DNA from: Lepidodermella squamata
Lineage: Eukaryota > Animalia > Gastrotricha
NCBI GenBank assembly: GCA_047495785.1
Contig: JBLDXI010000009.1
Location: 1,798,001-1,862,000, forward strand
Length of the DNA: 64,000 nt
Direction: 5' to 3'
Position numbers and translations under genes: made by a program. The notes under the pieces are model-generated. The model saw only the letters and a list, made by a program, of their open reading frames with translations. It was not told the DNA's origin and ran no database searches. Position 1 is the first letter of the stretch. Each line of letters begins with the position of its first letter. Below are positions 1 through 14,408 of this stretch, one piece after another.

Positions 1-461
1 TTTCGCCGTTTTCGGGCGCGTCGACCGTGATTTTCGTCGTCATCTCCACGGACATAGGAGATTTCATCGACATTGATCATAGCCAAATTGAAATGAGCAT
101 CAAAGGCTGCAACTTGGCCGCAACAAATCGCGTGGACGGAGCGATGTGATCGAATCCAAACTCGAACTCTCCGACCACTTCGAGAACATTCCCACAGAAC
201 TCTTAATGGACCGGAGAAAGCGCCGGTTTTAAGTCGAGATAAAATAGTTTTGAACTTCTTAGGCGACCTTTTCTGAGTTCTATCACCCCCTTCATCTTCC
301 TCTTCGTCGTCTTCATTTTCTTTCGATGTGTTGGCCTCATCTTGTTTCACGTCATCCGCATTCAGATCTTCCTCGGAAAAATTTAATAAACCCTCCCAAT
401 CTGGAGTAAGAAACAGCTCGTTTTCATCATTTAAACTAGGCTTTCTCTCTTTTAACGACAT
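1..461 (-). CDS. LSM11: U7 snRNP Sm-like protein LSm11 (5' part; runs off window)
   Basis: Not in ORF track. Manual translation from ATG at 461 gives an acidic N-terminus then GPLRVLWECSRSGRRVRVWIRSHRSVHAICCGQVAAFDAHFNLAMINVDE, matching the LSm11 Sm1 region (GPL..L..C..V.V.IR..CG..AFD..N.A...VDE). Confidence 0.85.
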   Translation of the reverse strand, partial: MSLKERKPSLNDENELFLTPDWEGLLNFSEEDLNADDVKQDEANTSKENEDDEEEDEGGDRTQKRSPKKFKTILSRLKTGAFSGPLRVLWECSRSGRRVRVWIRSHRSVHAICCGQVAAFDAHFNLAMINVDEISYVRGDDDENHGRRARKRR

Positions 462-567
462 TAAACCCCTAAAACAAAAATTGGGACTAGATACAAAAAT
501 GTGAGTTTTGTCGAGAAAAAATCAAACCGGGCTAAAGTAATGAAACAAATTGAGAAAAAATTGAGCG

Positions 568-2324
568 TCAATTGATGTTGAGGTTAAAATTAAAAGAATT
601 AGCTAGAATGAGATCGATTTGTTCGTCGATTTCGGCAGTCGGTGGCCGGCGAGTGTGGCTGATCACCGGCGTAACAGGCGGCGGAACACGCTCGTTTTGA
701 TCCGAATTAGTCGTGCGAGGCGCTCGAGCGCTTTGATACATGTCCTTGAGGCGAGCCATGACGTCTTTATGAGCGGATTTCGGCATTTCTCGCTTCACAG
801 ATGCGAAGTTTTCGGAAACGAACGACGTCCATGCGTTTTTCGGTTTCTCCGAGCGGGGAGTTTCAGGAACTGCCGGCGTTCCTTCCTCAGCAGCAGATTG
901 AGGTAAAGTGCCCACTGCAAGTTTCAAAGTTCCATGACAACGACCGCATCTCTGAAAAATTCGAAAATGTTTTGTATCACCTTAAATATTAAGAATTATA
1001 CCTGCGTGTTGACATCGATTGATTTTGAATGCCTTCCATACTGGTGGGCGCATATTTGGCAGATGTAGACGTACTTCGTCTGAATCGTATAACGATGGCA
1101 AACAGTGACAGGCGGCAACATTGGGAACGTCTTCGCAACAACTCGGGTCCATTTAACCCAAAGAGGGCCGTGACGGTGGTGTAAAACTCCATCAATCATA
1201 GTCACAGCAGCGTGGCATAGTTCGTGGATAAGGGTATCTCGCAGCCGGCCACGAGTATCGCAAACTTTTTCAGCCAATCGAATGCGACAGGTCCTAGAAC
1301 CAACCGCGCCTTTTGTCGTCGTATCCCCAGCGGTTTTGAGCAAGCGCTTCGTGAACTCGATCGCCACAACTTGCATCGGCATTTTGTTTTCAAAGCACCG
1401 TCTGTTCATTATATCAGCTACCCGACTAGCGATTTCAAGTCGGCATTTGTTGAAGGCTCGTTTCTGCTTCTTCGCATCGTCTGTTACGTCATCAGCGGAT
1501 AATTTGTACAAATACTCGGCGTCTTCATCCATCGGTTTTTCCGGTCTGGCTTTGACAGCTGGTTTCACGGCAGTTTTCGGGTAGATTTTCACGGAAGCGG
1601 GTATTGACGGTTGTTTGAAGAGCGAACCATCTGATTCACTGGCTTTTGGCTGCAACGGTTTCCGCTCAGATTCAGGCAATTTCTTCGGTTTTTCCTTCGA
1701 AATCGGAGTTTTAGGTACCAATACCTTCGGCGAAAAGGACTTTTTCGTTACAATTTTCTTTACTAGCCGCTTTTCATCCTCCATTTGAAGTTGAAGAAAT
1801 AATTTTCTAGCATGCGAAATTTCGTCGACAGGAGATTCTGAATCAGATCGGTCTTCCTCGGATTCTTCATTTTCTTCCTCGCTTTCATCGCTGTTATCTG
1901 TCCAAGTCCGCTCCAGATCATCATCAACTTCATCGTCATCGACAATGAAAGAATCCATGGCAGATTTTGACTTCTTCAAAGCGGAATTTTTAGGCTGGAC
2001 ACCGACGCGGTCAGTTTTCAGCGACGAAACAAACATTTCGAATGCGCTCTCGTCGTCACCATCGGATGAGTTGCTAGAAAATCGTCGTTGCCTCGCTATT
2101 TCCCGTTCATCGTCAGAACTATCAACAGTTTTCTCCGGCTCTCGGTAACTTTGAGGAGGCTCGTTTTCGACATTTTCTACGGCGTCGACAAATTCTTCGC
2201 TACCGCTCGAGCTGCTAGTCGCGCCGAGTCGAAATTCGATCGATGCTTTCGCGGGCTTACTACTCTGCTTCAGTGACGAGACGAAATTCTCAAAGGCAGT
2301 ATCGTCATCAGAACTAGACGACAT
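568..2324 (-). CDS. GCNA: GCNA/ACRC: acidic disordered region + SprT-like metalloprotease + Zn ribbon + HMG-like box; 2 exons (intron 952-1001)
   Basis: RLLKTAG...RLRDTLIHELCHAA...HGPLW motif. A 50-bp GT-AG intron joins YICQICAHQYGRHSKSIDVNTQ to RCGRCHG. C-terminal NAWTSFVSENFASVKREMP is HMG-like. Confidence 0.92.
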
Positions 2325-2503
2325 TACAATATTCCAACAACAAAATCTAGGAAAATGTATACATATTTTAGCGGGTGAAGCATTTAGCTTATTTTTTTCG
2401 TGCAAAGACTAAAAGCAGATTTTCGTAAGTAGAAATACTAATCTCTCCACAGAGTAAAAATGCATAATACATATCTTGGTTATATATTTCCGGTCATGAT
2501 TTC

Positions 2504-5399
2504 TTAGTCATTTTTTAACGAATCTTCGCAAGGCAGTGATTGCGTTGAAACAGACGGTGTCAGACTAACGGCAGCGGGTAGTGACGTCGAAGTAGACGAG
2601 ACGAGATCCGATGATATTGGCGGTGGTTTCGACAGCGTCCGACGAGTTGTTTGCACCGAAGGAGTCGGTATAGTGTTCACAGCAGGAGTTGACGAACTTT
2701 CAATCGGCTGAGTTGACGGTACGTTAGCGGCACTCTCACTCGCGCTGTTATTCGTGTGTAACACTCCTCGGTATAGGTTCATGAGAATAACGATCATGCA
2801 TAGTAATACCGGGCCGAGAATAGCACCCTCGAAGCCAAGGCAGGAAACACCGCCAACGATAGCTAGACCTGTCAGGTAAGGATGACCACCTCCCTTAATG
2901 TCACCGTAAATTAACGCGTCCACGAAATACATAGGTAGCATATGAAGAACGAAGAAGAAAATAGCTGCGAGTCCACGGTCAGCAATTAGCCAGAGTTGAA
3001 AAACACCGGGTAAGGAAGCCCAATAAGCGCCGACGATAGGCACCGCGGCGAAAATAGCAGCGCATAGCGAGGGGAGAAACACAATTCCAATTTCGAACAC
3101 TGAATGCAAGAACCAGGTGTAGAGGCCGTAGAAAATTATCATTTTGAAGGTTGCGATGAAAACGCCTCTGATACCACTGTCAACCGCCCGGCCAACGATA
3201 TTAGATCCGCTGCTTTCGTCGTCGAAGGGCGTCAGTGAGATGAGGAGATGGACCGGTTTATAGGTTCGACCACTTGCAGTCAGCAGGTAGTAGAGCGTTG
3301 TCAAAAATACGACTGAAGAAACCGTGTAGCCGAAAACTGCCCAGCTGCAAAGCAGAAATGCGGAGGCGATGTGAGTAAATATTGCTAGGAACAGTCCAGC
3401 GTTTTCTTTCACAACGCCATAAACCGAAGTTCCAACCTAGAAAATGTCAAAAATAAGTAAATATTTGGGAAGTTTTATATATGTAATTTTTTCTCCCAAT
3501 TTTCTATTAAAAGCCGGTCAACTAGCCACAAATATCAACCCTAATCAAGTCGGTTATTTTTTTAAATTACCTGCATTACGGCGTCAATATTTTGCCGGAA
3601 GAAGTGCAACGAATGTGAGAATAGCGAGTCAACTGGTTCGCCATCGACATGTTCGAAAATTTGAACGTGATTCTGTTCAACATGAAGCGCCTTGCCGAAA
3701 TCTTTGCTCCAGCTCTCGAAGAACTTTTTCGACATCAGATCATACGCATCGAGAAGTTGAAGCTTCAACTGATCCCGCTGGGCATCCGGCACAGAGAAAA
3801 CCCATCCATCTACGGTTGAGTTGAAAAATTGCCTGCCGAAATTAGCCGCATTCGTGGCGAAATCATGCAGAGACGTCACGTTCATATCAGCCCGTTCCAA
3901 CCAACGATTCACCTCGGGATGCAATGTCCTATTCAGAAGTTCGTTTGACATAGTGAACACATAGACAGTTTCACGATGAAGCTGCATAGCGGCAATGAAG
4001 AATGTCATGACTACGAGGGCGACAACTCCAACGATTAAAATCACAGAAACGAAACCTTCAACGCAGGATTCTAGTAACTTTCGAATTTTCGCATCCCCTT
4101 TCACCAAATATTTGAAAAGTTTCGCGACTAGCGGAGGTACAAAGCCTTCTCGGCGACTTTCAAACCAGGCCCTCATCAGCCAGTAAACACCTGAAAGAAA
4201 TCCTTGAATTCGCTCAGATCGACCCAGCCAGCGAATGGCAGGCGGTAAAAGAATCAAAGGTATCAGAAATGTCACTAACATCGGATGAGACAGCAAACGA
4301 ACTATAATAACCGCCCAGAGAACTACTAGTATCATCATATTAGCCGGCTTCGCGTCGTTCTCCTTGGGCTTCCCTGATTTTTGAGGCGACTCCACACGGT
4401 AAAGAGCGTTTTCAAGTTCTTTAGCGCCCATATTCGAAAATCTAGGCGAGATAGCTGCAATGAACTGCGAAGCTCGTTTCAAACTGGTTCTAGACGGTCT
4501 CTTCAAGCATCCCGCCGACTTAGATTCTCGCTCATCATCTGGGACTTTCATGTAGACACTTATCAGTTTGACAAACAGAGGTATTAGAAGAGCTGGAAAC
4601 ACCATCATACTCAATGGACCAAGCAAAGCAGAGACTAGCATTGAGAGGCAGGCCCACCAAATCAATGGAAGAATTTTCAGAAGAAGCGGAGGCCAATATT
4701 TCGGCTGAAAAACAACAGCGGCTAGCACATATCCCAAAACCGCCGTAAGATAGACCGGCCATGGCAAGGTTACGACACCCCAAATATCACCGGAAATAGC
4801 TGATAACAAAGACAAAGACGATCGCAACGCGGTGAAATGGGCTATCATTGGGAAGTCGAATCGAACGATAGCGCAAAGAAGGAGGATTAAAACAGAAGCA
4901 GCAGTTAGCGGGATCAGATATTTTGTCACTGTTTTTTGAATGTAAGACACGATTGAAAATGCCAAAGTGAGAGGTGATATCGCAACGTGGTACGACAGAA
5001 TCGGAACAGGTGATGACGAACCAATCTCCCATAGCCACTTCTGGATAGCATCTGTAATTGCCAGCTTCAACGGATGCAAAACTAAAAAATTCGATATTAT
5101 AAAAAATTTTTTTAAAAAATTAGGTCACTCATACCAGTCCCGAGTAGCACAGCCCATAAAATTGGCTTAACAAATGGAGATAAAATGAAGTATAGGCTGT
5201 AGACCCCGGCAAGTCCGAAACAGAGAATGAACATTGTTGCGGCTTGATAAAATGAGGATTTCAGTAGTTTCTCTTCGCCTTTCGGTACGACGTTGTCGAG
5301 ACCCATGGCGGCGAAGGGCGAATCAAAAGTTAGCAAGCGCCGGTAAACATTAGTGGCTGAGCGGTGAAGCAAACTTGCCCCACCAGATGGAGCAGCCAT
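2504..5399 (-). CDS. TMEM245: Transmembrane protein 245 (AI-2E transporter-like), 3 exons
   Basis: N-terminal LYFILSPFVKPILWAVLLG; C-terminal GVFIATFKMIIFYGLYTW and IKGGGHPYLTGLAIVGG..GAILGP. GT-AG introns near 5082-5133 and 3438-3570. Confidence 0.9.
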
Positions 5400-6235
5400 C
5401 TTAATTAATCCCTAATAAAAAAAATACCAAGTAAATTGTTTATGAAACAAAGCAATTTTCAGCATTTTATTCAATGTTAAGTAACTTCAATCGATTGTTA
5501 AGTTGGCACGTCAACGCTGAGTTGAGAAGAACAATTGGAATTCCGAATATTATAAACCTATGACTCCCTTTTGATTGACTGGAAAATGTACCAAAAATAT
5601 GTTACGAGCTTTAATATTAGAATGTATCTTCGTTAGTAAATAGAGCTTATCTCTTTTTCGTGTTAATTTCGTTAATTCGATGTGCTGATTGAAGAGGCAA
5701 ACAACAAGATCACAGCGCTCCAAGTGACGCGTGTTAAATATTATAGAAAAATAGCGCACAACAATTGCTGTTATTATTCTGAATTATAGTTTTGAACAAA
5801 TATCACCATCAACAAATTCGCGATTGACTCGGGCTAGGGTACACTAGCCACGCCACAGTAGATAGGTATACAAATGAGACGAAAAATGAATTCTGGAGAT
5901 TATAATTGCGTAAGTTCAATTCGAGAGGCCGGAGCCAATTATGAATTTTAGAAGCTTCAACAAGATGGTTGACAAGGTAAAAATATAGTGTGCTATTAGA
6001 TTTTTAAGGCGGCATTGGAGGGAAGACGATCGAAACGGAATTTCATCTGAAGTCGAAAGCGTTTGTCTCAATAGAGACCAAATGTGAGGAAGCGCAATTT
6101 AGACAAGATATTGTTCAGTGACTACGAGGAAATGCACCGGATTCCTCATGCATATCAGTTCAATTTATGCAAAACTAGCATAATATGTGGACCAAAATAG
6201 ATGCGATAAAAAATAACAATAGTAATTTGTTAAAG

Positions 6236-9200
6236 CTATGCTGGACACGAATTTCGATTGCTCTCGAGCAGCTCGACCCATTCCTCTTGGTTCTGACTGA
6301 GAAGAGACGAGGGTCGCCTGTTGAAGTCTGGCACAGGGATGGCATGAGAAGCGGACGGCGAGCACAGATCTTGAACCGGAGTTGGTAAGGAACCAGCACC
6401 ATTACCAATCATTACGCGCGACGGAATTGACAGAGCCACGCGGCAAACTAGGTCAGGCAGCAGCGCAAAAGTCATTAAGGCCACCGCGACGAAGTAAAAA
6501 TTCGGAGTTTGGAAGATGTACAGGAAGCTTGCGTCGCATTCGAATCGTAAGAACGCCATTGATTCAGAGCACAGCCAGTGGTCGTAGACGTACATTTGAC
6601 AGAAATAACTCGCAACTGTAAACCAAAGAGCTGCGTGCTGTGGCCAACACCAGTAGCGAGTCAATACAGCCAACTTAAAATATTACATAATTACCCATAA
6701 ATCAGTCTCTTACAATTATTTTACCTTGATTAGGACTACGAACAAGGTTATGGCAAGCGCCATTTGACCGAAAGCATAATGTCCAATAAGCTGATGGAAA
6801 AATTAAAAATTTCATTTTGGGAAATATTATTAGTGATAACGAACCGTTCCATCGTCATTTAGTGCAACATCATGGCCGATTTTCGGACCGTAAACTGTCA
6901 GTAGGCAGCCGTAAAATATGACGACTGAATGGAAAATGGCCGTGAAATTCCAGAAGAAAAACTGCCCCGCCGACATGTAGCTGTTCCGCCGAAGTCGACT
7001 GTACAACGTAACGTCGGTTAACAACTCATTTTCGGAATGCGATTTCTCCACAATTGCGTAGATAAAAATTGGCAAGCTTGTAAACGTGACGTTGTACATT
7101 GTGAGGTGGAAACTTTCGTACAAGCTCTGGAGGAGTAAAGGAATTAATACAATCGATGGTCAAGGTAGAAAATGTATCCAATACCTGAGCGCTGAAGAGC
7201 GAAAAATAAACGTAGTAGATTTGGGAAGCGCTGAACGCGAGGTTCTTGTAGAAGAAGTATAATACCAAAACCGCTAGCCTGGTGTAGTAATAGTAGCCAT
7301 GTACGAAAAACATTCGCCGTAGATGGGAAAATCTCGGAATAGCGTAATCGCTGGATCGAGCCGCACTTGTTCCTGGAAATAATATGGCTCACATATCGCG
7401 CTGACTAATATTTTTAGGTTAGAAGTCAAACTCAGCTGTGAGAAAAATTTAGCGAAATCGTTCTAGGTCATTTAAACAACTTAGGAAATGACCAGTTTTA
7501 ACTTCCGCAACTTGTTAGATAACTATAAAAACTTCAAATTCATACCTTCAGAACCAAAAACAGCGAGTCCGACGTCAGCCTCTAGAATCATCGATACATC
7601 GTTTGCGCCGTCTCCAATTGCAGCACAAACTGGTCTGTGCTTCGTGTTTCGAATGAGAGAAACAACGCGAGCTTTTTCCAGAGGCGCCAATCGGCAGCCC
7701 AAAACAGCAGCAACATTAGCATGCGTAGTGATATAGACGAATTGCTGAGAGTAAACTTGAAGCATCAATTCCAGTGTTTCGCGGTCGAAAACTACACCGT
7801 ATTCAGTGTTTTTAGAGCTCGTTGATAATCTTTGCGTAAATTCATCAATCGCAATTGTGCAATCCGAAATCGTCGTTTTCCCAGTCAAGTTGAGCAACTG
7901 CGTTTTTGCGGTGAATAATTTAGCCGCGCGACATACATTAATAGCAGTTTCCTCTCGATCACCGGTCAGGACCCAACGGCGGATACCACTATTGGCTAGG
8001 TCTTCCATGGTATCGGCCACGCCTTCTTGAAGCTTGTCTTCAACGGCAGTGGCACCGACTAGTTTCAGTCCACATTCGAATTGCTCAGCCGAACTTCGAA
8101 ACATCTGTTCGCGTTCAAGAGTATCGAGACATGAATTCACACGGCGAAATGTTGTTTTCGCCTGCGTGGCACATTCATCTCCGATCTTTTTGTAGGCACA
8201 TGCCATAACCCGATAACCATCTTCGGCTAATAATCCCAAATGCTTCTTAGTCGCATTTGAAGCATCATTGACCTCACAACTTTCGGCCACAGCGGAATCG
8301 GCGCCTTTCATCAAGACGTAAATATCGCCAGCCAACTCATCCTTAGCAATTATGGACATTTTCCTCCGCGCTGGTGACCACGGAAGTTCGGCGATTATGG
8401 AAAAGAAGCGCCTTGTTCCGCGGAAGTCGACACCCATCGAGTAGGCACTTCGGCCGCAAAAGGTGATGCCGTATTTCCTTATAGCATCCAGAAATGCCAG
8501 CTCGTCTGGTGACGCAGCTAAATACTGCCAAGTCGATGGTTGGTGGGGACATTTTACTAAATTATCCGGCGATATAATCAAGCCGCATGTCGTGCACTCC
8601 ACTCTCACGGAATGGCAAAGCGATAAAATGAGGATCGACATTTCCAAATCCCCATCGCTTAATCTTTCCGAATCTTCTGAAAGACAGCAGGGTATGAAAG
8701 GTTTGCCGCAAATCAACCGTCGAGATGAACTAGAAACTTCGCGCAGCCCTTCTGATGAATCGCGATACAAGCGTCCACCAGCTGAACAATAGCGAAATTG
8801 CATGGAATTTTCCGTAAGGGTTCCAGTTTTGTCGCTGAACAAATACTCGACTTGGCCGAGATTTTCGACCAAATCCGATGTGTTTGCCTTCGCATGCAAG
8901 TCTCGTTCGCGATCGTACATTTTCATGTCCCACTTCATAAAATAAGCGCTGATCATCTTCATCGCCTCGATAGTGACGTACAAGGATATGGGAACAACAT
9001 AATTTGTTAACGCTATGAAAGACAGGAAGTCCTCGAAAATCTGGGAAAGGTTGGCGTAACTTTGAGCCATGCCCCATATAGACAACAGAGGCAACTCAGT
9101 CGGACGAGCAAATAAATATTTTGCCAACACCAATAAAAGGTTGAAAGCGACTAATCCAAGCACGTAAACCAGAAGATAGCGATTCAGAGTTCTAAAATCA

Positions 9201-10376
9201 AGTACAATTTATTATAACGACAAAGAGGTATAAAAACTTTCCAACCTTTCCAATCGTGACGTTTTTGATGTCTTCTTTTGAAAGTTGAGTGACATTTTGG
9301 TTTCTAAATATACCGTGGAACAGAATTATCAAGCAGCCTAATAAAATCCCGTCATATGTACCTGGACCAAGAAATACAGCACACCCGTAGGCCCATGCAG
9401 TATTTCTCAATTCTGCGCCACGAGGTAGCAGTTGCTCAGGCCCCAGAGGAAAAATATTAGATTCTGCAGACGAGTCTTCGTGGATCAATTGTCCAGCAAA
9501 TTGGTACAGGTTAGCTGCAGGTTTTTCATATTTAGCAACACAGCGAACTCGCAATAATTGATCGATAGTTCGGCAGGAAGCATATAACTCCGAAGATGTG
9601 CGAGTTTTAAGGGCAGTTTCGCCGTCAAGATTCGCAGTCATCACATGGCATTGCCCTGACGGATCATCGCAAGATAGCAAAATCATGTCACAAGGGAAAT
9701 GCTGATTGGCTAAAACATAAACAATGTCTCCGGTCTGAAAATAGTTAATGATTTATGATTCAGAGCAATTGAGACTGACATGGTCCAAGTATGTACCTTG
9801 ATGTCTTCCGAGAAAATGTTTGTCAGATTTCTGTCCCTCACAACAGACACGGTCCTCTTGTTCACGGCAGTATCAGCACAATGTCGAAGCCAATCTTCAT
9901 AGCCTTGCTTCGCGATTGCAAGAGAAATTACACAAATGAGAGGTACGAAGCTGGTAAGGGGATTGGTTGGAGAATCTTTCAGTGCCAACTGCAAACAAAA
10001 TACATAATTCAAAAAGTTCCATATATATGAGTGCTTTATACCTGAATAACTCCAATGATGAGGAAATAAAAGTTCGCAAGCCTGGTTAGCTGACGGAACA
10101 AGGTTTTGGGCAGAAAATTCCACAAGGTGAACTAAATTGTCGAATAATTGAAAACAGCGGTAGAATGCATGAAATCAATGCATACCTCGGATGTGACAAC
10201 TTTATTCGATGTAATCGGCTGGAAGCCTGAATTTACGTCTTCATCAGTCGAAGGAATTCCGATAGAAACTTTTCGAAAAGGAGCCTCTTCGATAGGCTTC
10301 CAGAAATTCTGCAGGGAAGAAAGATGCGTTCAGCCATAATGAATAAATTTGAATATACCCTCAGAAATCGAGACAT
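6236..10376 (-). CDS. Phospholipid-transporting P4-ATPase (ATP11-like), multi-exon; an alternative first exon (MLR|gtgagt near 10949) is possible
   Basis: [35 protein letters not shown] and [12 protein letters not shown] motifs; exons joined by short GT-AG introns. Confidence 0.92.
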
Positions 10377-11119
10377 CGTGATGCTCGATTGCTACTAGCC
10401 TCCAGATTCGTGAGGGGAAGAATATTGTTGATGATGCGATTGGCAGTATATTTCCGTTAAGGTTGTTCTTTCTTCCCATTCAAAAACATCACCGCATTTA
10501 ACAAATTACTGTTCCGACTTTGAAACAGGTGAACAAAACCACTAGAATTCGTGGAAAATTGCGACTGAATCGCAACAAGTACGCGGTTTCAAGTACCAGA
10601 TCCGAACCTTGTTTGTCTTTATGAACTTGCTCTCAGCAGCATATCGATTGCCCTTTCTCTAGAGGTTTCGCGGACTTGAAACAAATTCAAATTTTGCAAG
10701 ATATATATTTCATTTGGACGTAAGAATCCTATTTTTGTTGGTATTGCTATGTGGATATTATTCAAAGTTAAAGTCAAATGAATCTTCGCATGTCGACTCA
10801 TTCGAGTTTTGACGTTGCGCGGTGCTACGCACGATTGCCGTGTCTGAACTGGGGTGTGATGGTTTCAACGTCTCTGACGTACTCCTAACCGGCAACTGCA
10901 TACTGCACGAAGAAAAGAATCCCCTTAGGCTTTTACTCACGCGCAGCATCGTACTCTTGGCGTAGTTTTGATTTCAAATTCCTATAATTCTGCTGAGTGA
11001 ATCCCACTTTTGCTTACTTTTTGAGAATGTAGCTCAGATTTTAGCTTTTTAACTCGAGAGCCGCTTTCTCCCGAAAGTCATTTCTTGTTTATTCTTCAGG
11101 CTTTTATTGAAGCATTATC

Positions 11120-12943
11120 ATGGTTCTGTTAGCCGCTGCAATCTGTACCAAGTCTGGAAAAGGTAAAGTTCAACATCACCATCAAATTTTAATATCATTT
11201 CTTCTCCTTATCCTTAGCTCTCCTTTCTCGACAGTTCATTGAAATGACTAGGTCGAGAATCGAAGGATTGCTTGCTGCTTTTCCGAAGCTCATCTCTGGC
11301 GGAAAGCATCAGCTGCAACAGCATACCTTTATTGAAACAGATAGTGTGCGATATGTTTACCAGCCAATGGAAAAACTTTACATGTTACTGATGACAACTA
11401 AGGCTTCTAATATTTTGGAAGACCTGGAAACTCTGAGGTTGTTTGTAAAAGTGGTACAAGAATACTGCCGAACAATGGAAGAAATGGATGTCCAAGAGCA
11501 CGCTTTTCAACTTCTGTTCGCCTTTGATGAGATCGTCGCACTTGGTTACAAGGAGTCCGTCAATCTCGCTCAGATCCGTACCTTTACTGAAATGGATTCT
11601 CACGAGGAGAAAGTTTTCCTTGCTGTGCGGCAGGTAAAATATTGAAAAAAAATTAACCATCCTAGTTCAACGACTTCTTTTATATAGTCTCAAGAGCGTG
11701 AAGCTAAGGAGAAGATGAAGCTGAAGGCTAAAGAACTTGAACAGCAAAGACGCGAGGCTGCTCGTCGTGGCATTCCCACTCGCGGATCTGGCTCCTCGAT
11801 GTCGTCCTCATATGGTGGTTTTGGCTCAGGCAGCATGGGCAAAGACATGCCTATTACCGAGTCTATTCCAGAAATCAATCCTATGCCAAGACAACAGATC
11901 CCACAAAGTCAACCGTAAGTTCATTTGTGCTTCATCTCACAATGGTTATAAAATAAGGATGCTCTCTAGTACTCAGTTAAAGTCTGCTGGTGGTCATGCT
12001 CTAAAGCTGAGCTCCAAGTCGAAAGACGTGGATCAATTTGCGAGACAGTTGGGCTTGGAAGGTGAGCATGTTCCTGCCCAGATTCCGACGTCTTCGTCCT
12101 CGAACAGTATCAGTTCTGCTGCTGCAAATAAACCCGTTGCCGTCGTCCGAGGCGTATCTGCTGACGAACCAGTGCACCTTAAGATCGAAGAGAAAATCAC
12201 CCTCACTGCTGGCCGGGATGGCGGCCTGCGAAACATGGAAGTGAATGGCATGATGGGACTGAACATTGTCGACGAAAAGTTTGGTCGTATCACTTGCACT
12301 GTCCTCAGCAACGACGAAAAAGGCGTACAGCTACAAACTCATCCGAACGTCGATAAGAAATTGTTTATGACTGAAAGCAAGATTGGTCTGAAGAACGCCG
12401 CCAAGCCTTTCCCTGCTCAACAAGACGTTGGTATCCTTAAATGGCGCTATCAGACATCAGATGTGAAAAACGTGCCTTTGTCTATCAACTGCTGGCCGAA
12501 CGACGCTCCCGGCGGTGCCTGTGATGTTAATATCGAGTACGAGTTGGAAAGAACGGATCTAGAGCTCAACAGTGTCGTTATTGCGATCCCAGTCCCACCC
12601 TCTCAACAAGTCAAAGTCGAACAATGTGATGGTGACTATAAACACGATTCTCGTCGCAACATTCTCGAGTGGCGCATCGCTCTGATCGACGGAAATAATC
12701 GCTCTGGTAGCATGGAGTTCAGCATGCCCGGTCGGGCTTCTGACTTTTTCCCAGTTTCTGTTACTTTCAGCGTAACAAACAAATCTTTCTGCAGTATCGA
12801 GGTATTGTTACCAGCGGGTAAATTAAGGTTCATCTTTTATTTTTCTTTAATAGGTTGGTCCTGTCGTCAACTTAGAAGACAACTCGCAAGTGAAATTTTC
12901 CGTCGAACGGTCTCTCACAACGGACAAGTACGAAATAGTCTAA
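11120..12943 (+). CDS. ARCN1: Coatomer subunit delta
   Basis: MVLLAAAICTKSGK..RQFIEMTRSRIEGLLAAFPKL, HTFIETDSVRYVYQP, mu-homology domain (QTHPNVDK); 4 short introns; ends TDKYEIV*. Confidence 0.97.
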
Positions 12944-13830
12944 ATTGTGCGACATCAGGCTATGAGGGCCACCAAATTTTGGGCAATTCTTAAATTAAAA
13001 AACAGAAAAACTTTTCGTTTCTATAATCGTTATTTAAAAAAATAAGCATCTCTTGATAAATATGTGAATTTGAAAGTGAATGCTTTGCGTCCCTATTTGT
13101 CACCTTCTCCGCCTCTGGGGTTACTACTTTGTCACACTGCTGGTGGAAAACAAACACCAATCCATGGTCTTGCTTTGTCAAATTATTACAACATTTATTC
13201 TCGAAATTATTTGTCTTGTTGTGTTCGCGCATATTCACACACTTGAAGAAAGAAAAGCGACTTCGATAATTTAAAATCAGTAATTGCTGCTGGCGCTGCA
13301 TTCCGATGTTACCTTTTGTATACCTATGTCGGTGATGAAGAATGATGATGACGTGGTGATGAAAGTGTAATAATATGTAGAGTTATTTCACTAAAATATC
13401 ATACGAAAAAATGTGCATAAATTGAGCTGTTGTGAGTGCTGGAGCCTTTATTTCGGATTCCGGGATGTTTAATTTTTCTCAAAGAAAGTCATCTTATTAT
13501 ATATTATTATTATAATTACTACCGGAATAATTCGACAAATTAATTACTAATTTTAAGGTGGTACCTGTTTTAAGGCGGGCGTGAACCTTCGGCATGTTTC
13601 TTTTTTTTTGGACTTACGCGGTGGGGGTGTCAACTTTTCTGCTCTCTTTTCGTTACTTACACGCGGGATTTGAACTAGCGTGTGTGAAAAAATGGCACGA
13701 ACAGAAAGTAATCTATTATTCATGTCCATTATGCTACCAGTTAGCTTGATCAATAAAAGAAATTTTGTGTGAATAATTTGATAATTTATTTTATTGTTTT
13801 TTTTAGGTTTTATTCTTAAATTATTGGATT

Positions 13831-14264
13831 ATGGCTGGGAAAACTCTAACGACTGACGAGGAGCTTCAGCGAGAAATCGCAGCGGCTGAGTCAAAGAACG
13901 CTCGGCTTTTCGTACTGTTCACTGGCTCGCCTGATCCGTCGACCGGTCAGAGTTGGTGCCCTGACTGCGTTAAGGCCGATCCCGTTATCGACAAGTTCTT
14001 TCATGAAAACGGAGATGATGATATTGTTTTGCTTAAAGTATTGGTCGGAGATAGGCCGACGTAAGCATTTTTCGGAAATCAGTAGCAGTATACTAGATCT
14101 CCTTGTATTGTCTCTTAAGTTACAAAGATCCGAACAATGTTTTCCGAAACAAGTATCCATTCAAGGCTATTCCCACCCTTATCCGCTGGAAAACCAGCAA
14201 GAAACTAGTTGAAGAGCAGTTGCTTGACGTCGGCCTGCTGCAAATGATGTTGGAAGACGACTAA
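13831..14264 (+). CDS. TXNDC17: Thioredoxin domain-containing protein 17 (TRP14), 2 exons
   Basis: GQSWCPDCVKADP active site; exon 2 encodes YKDPNNVFR...IPTLIRW. Confidence 0.95.
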
Positions 14265-14408
14265 ACCCAGCCGGAAAAGACCATACTTATCTTTCAATCA
14301 ACGCTTCTTGCATGCGATTATTCTATTCTGATTCATTCAACGAATAATTATTTTGTCGATTTTCGCAATAGTATAGGATCATATTTTAAATACTGAGCAG
14401 AGGTTTCA

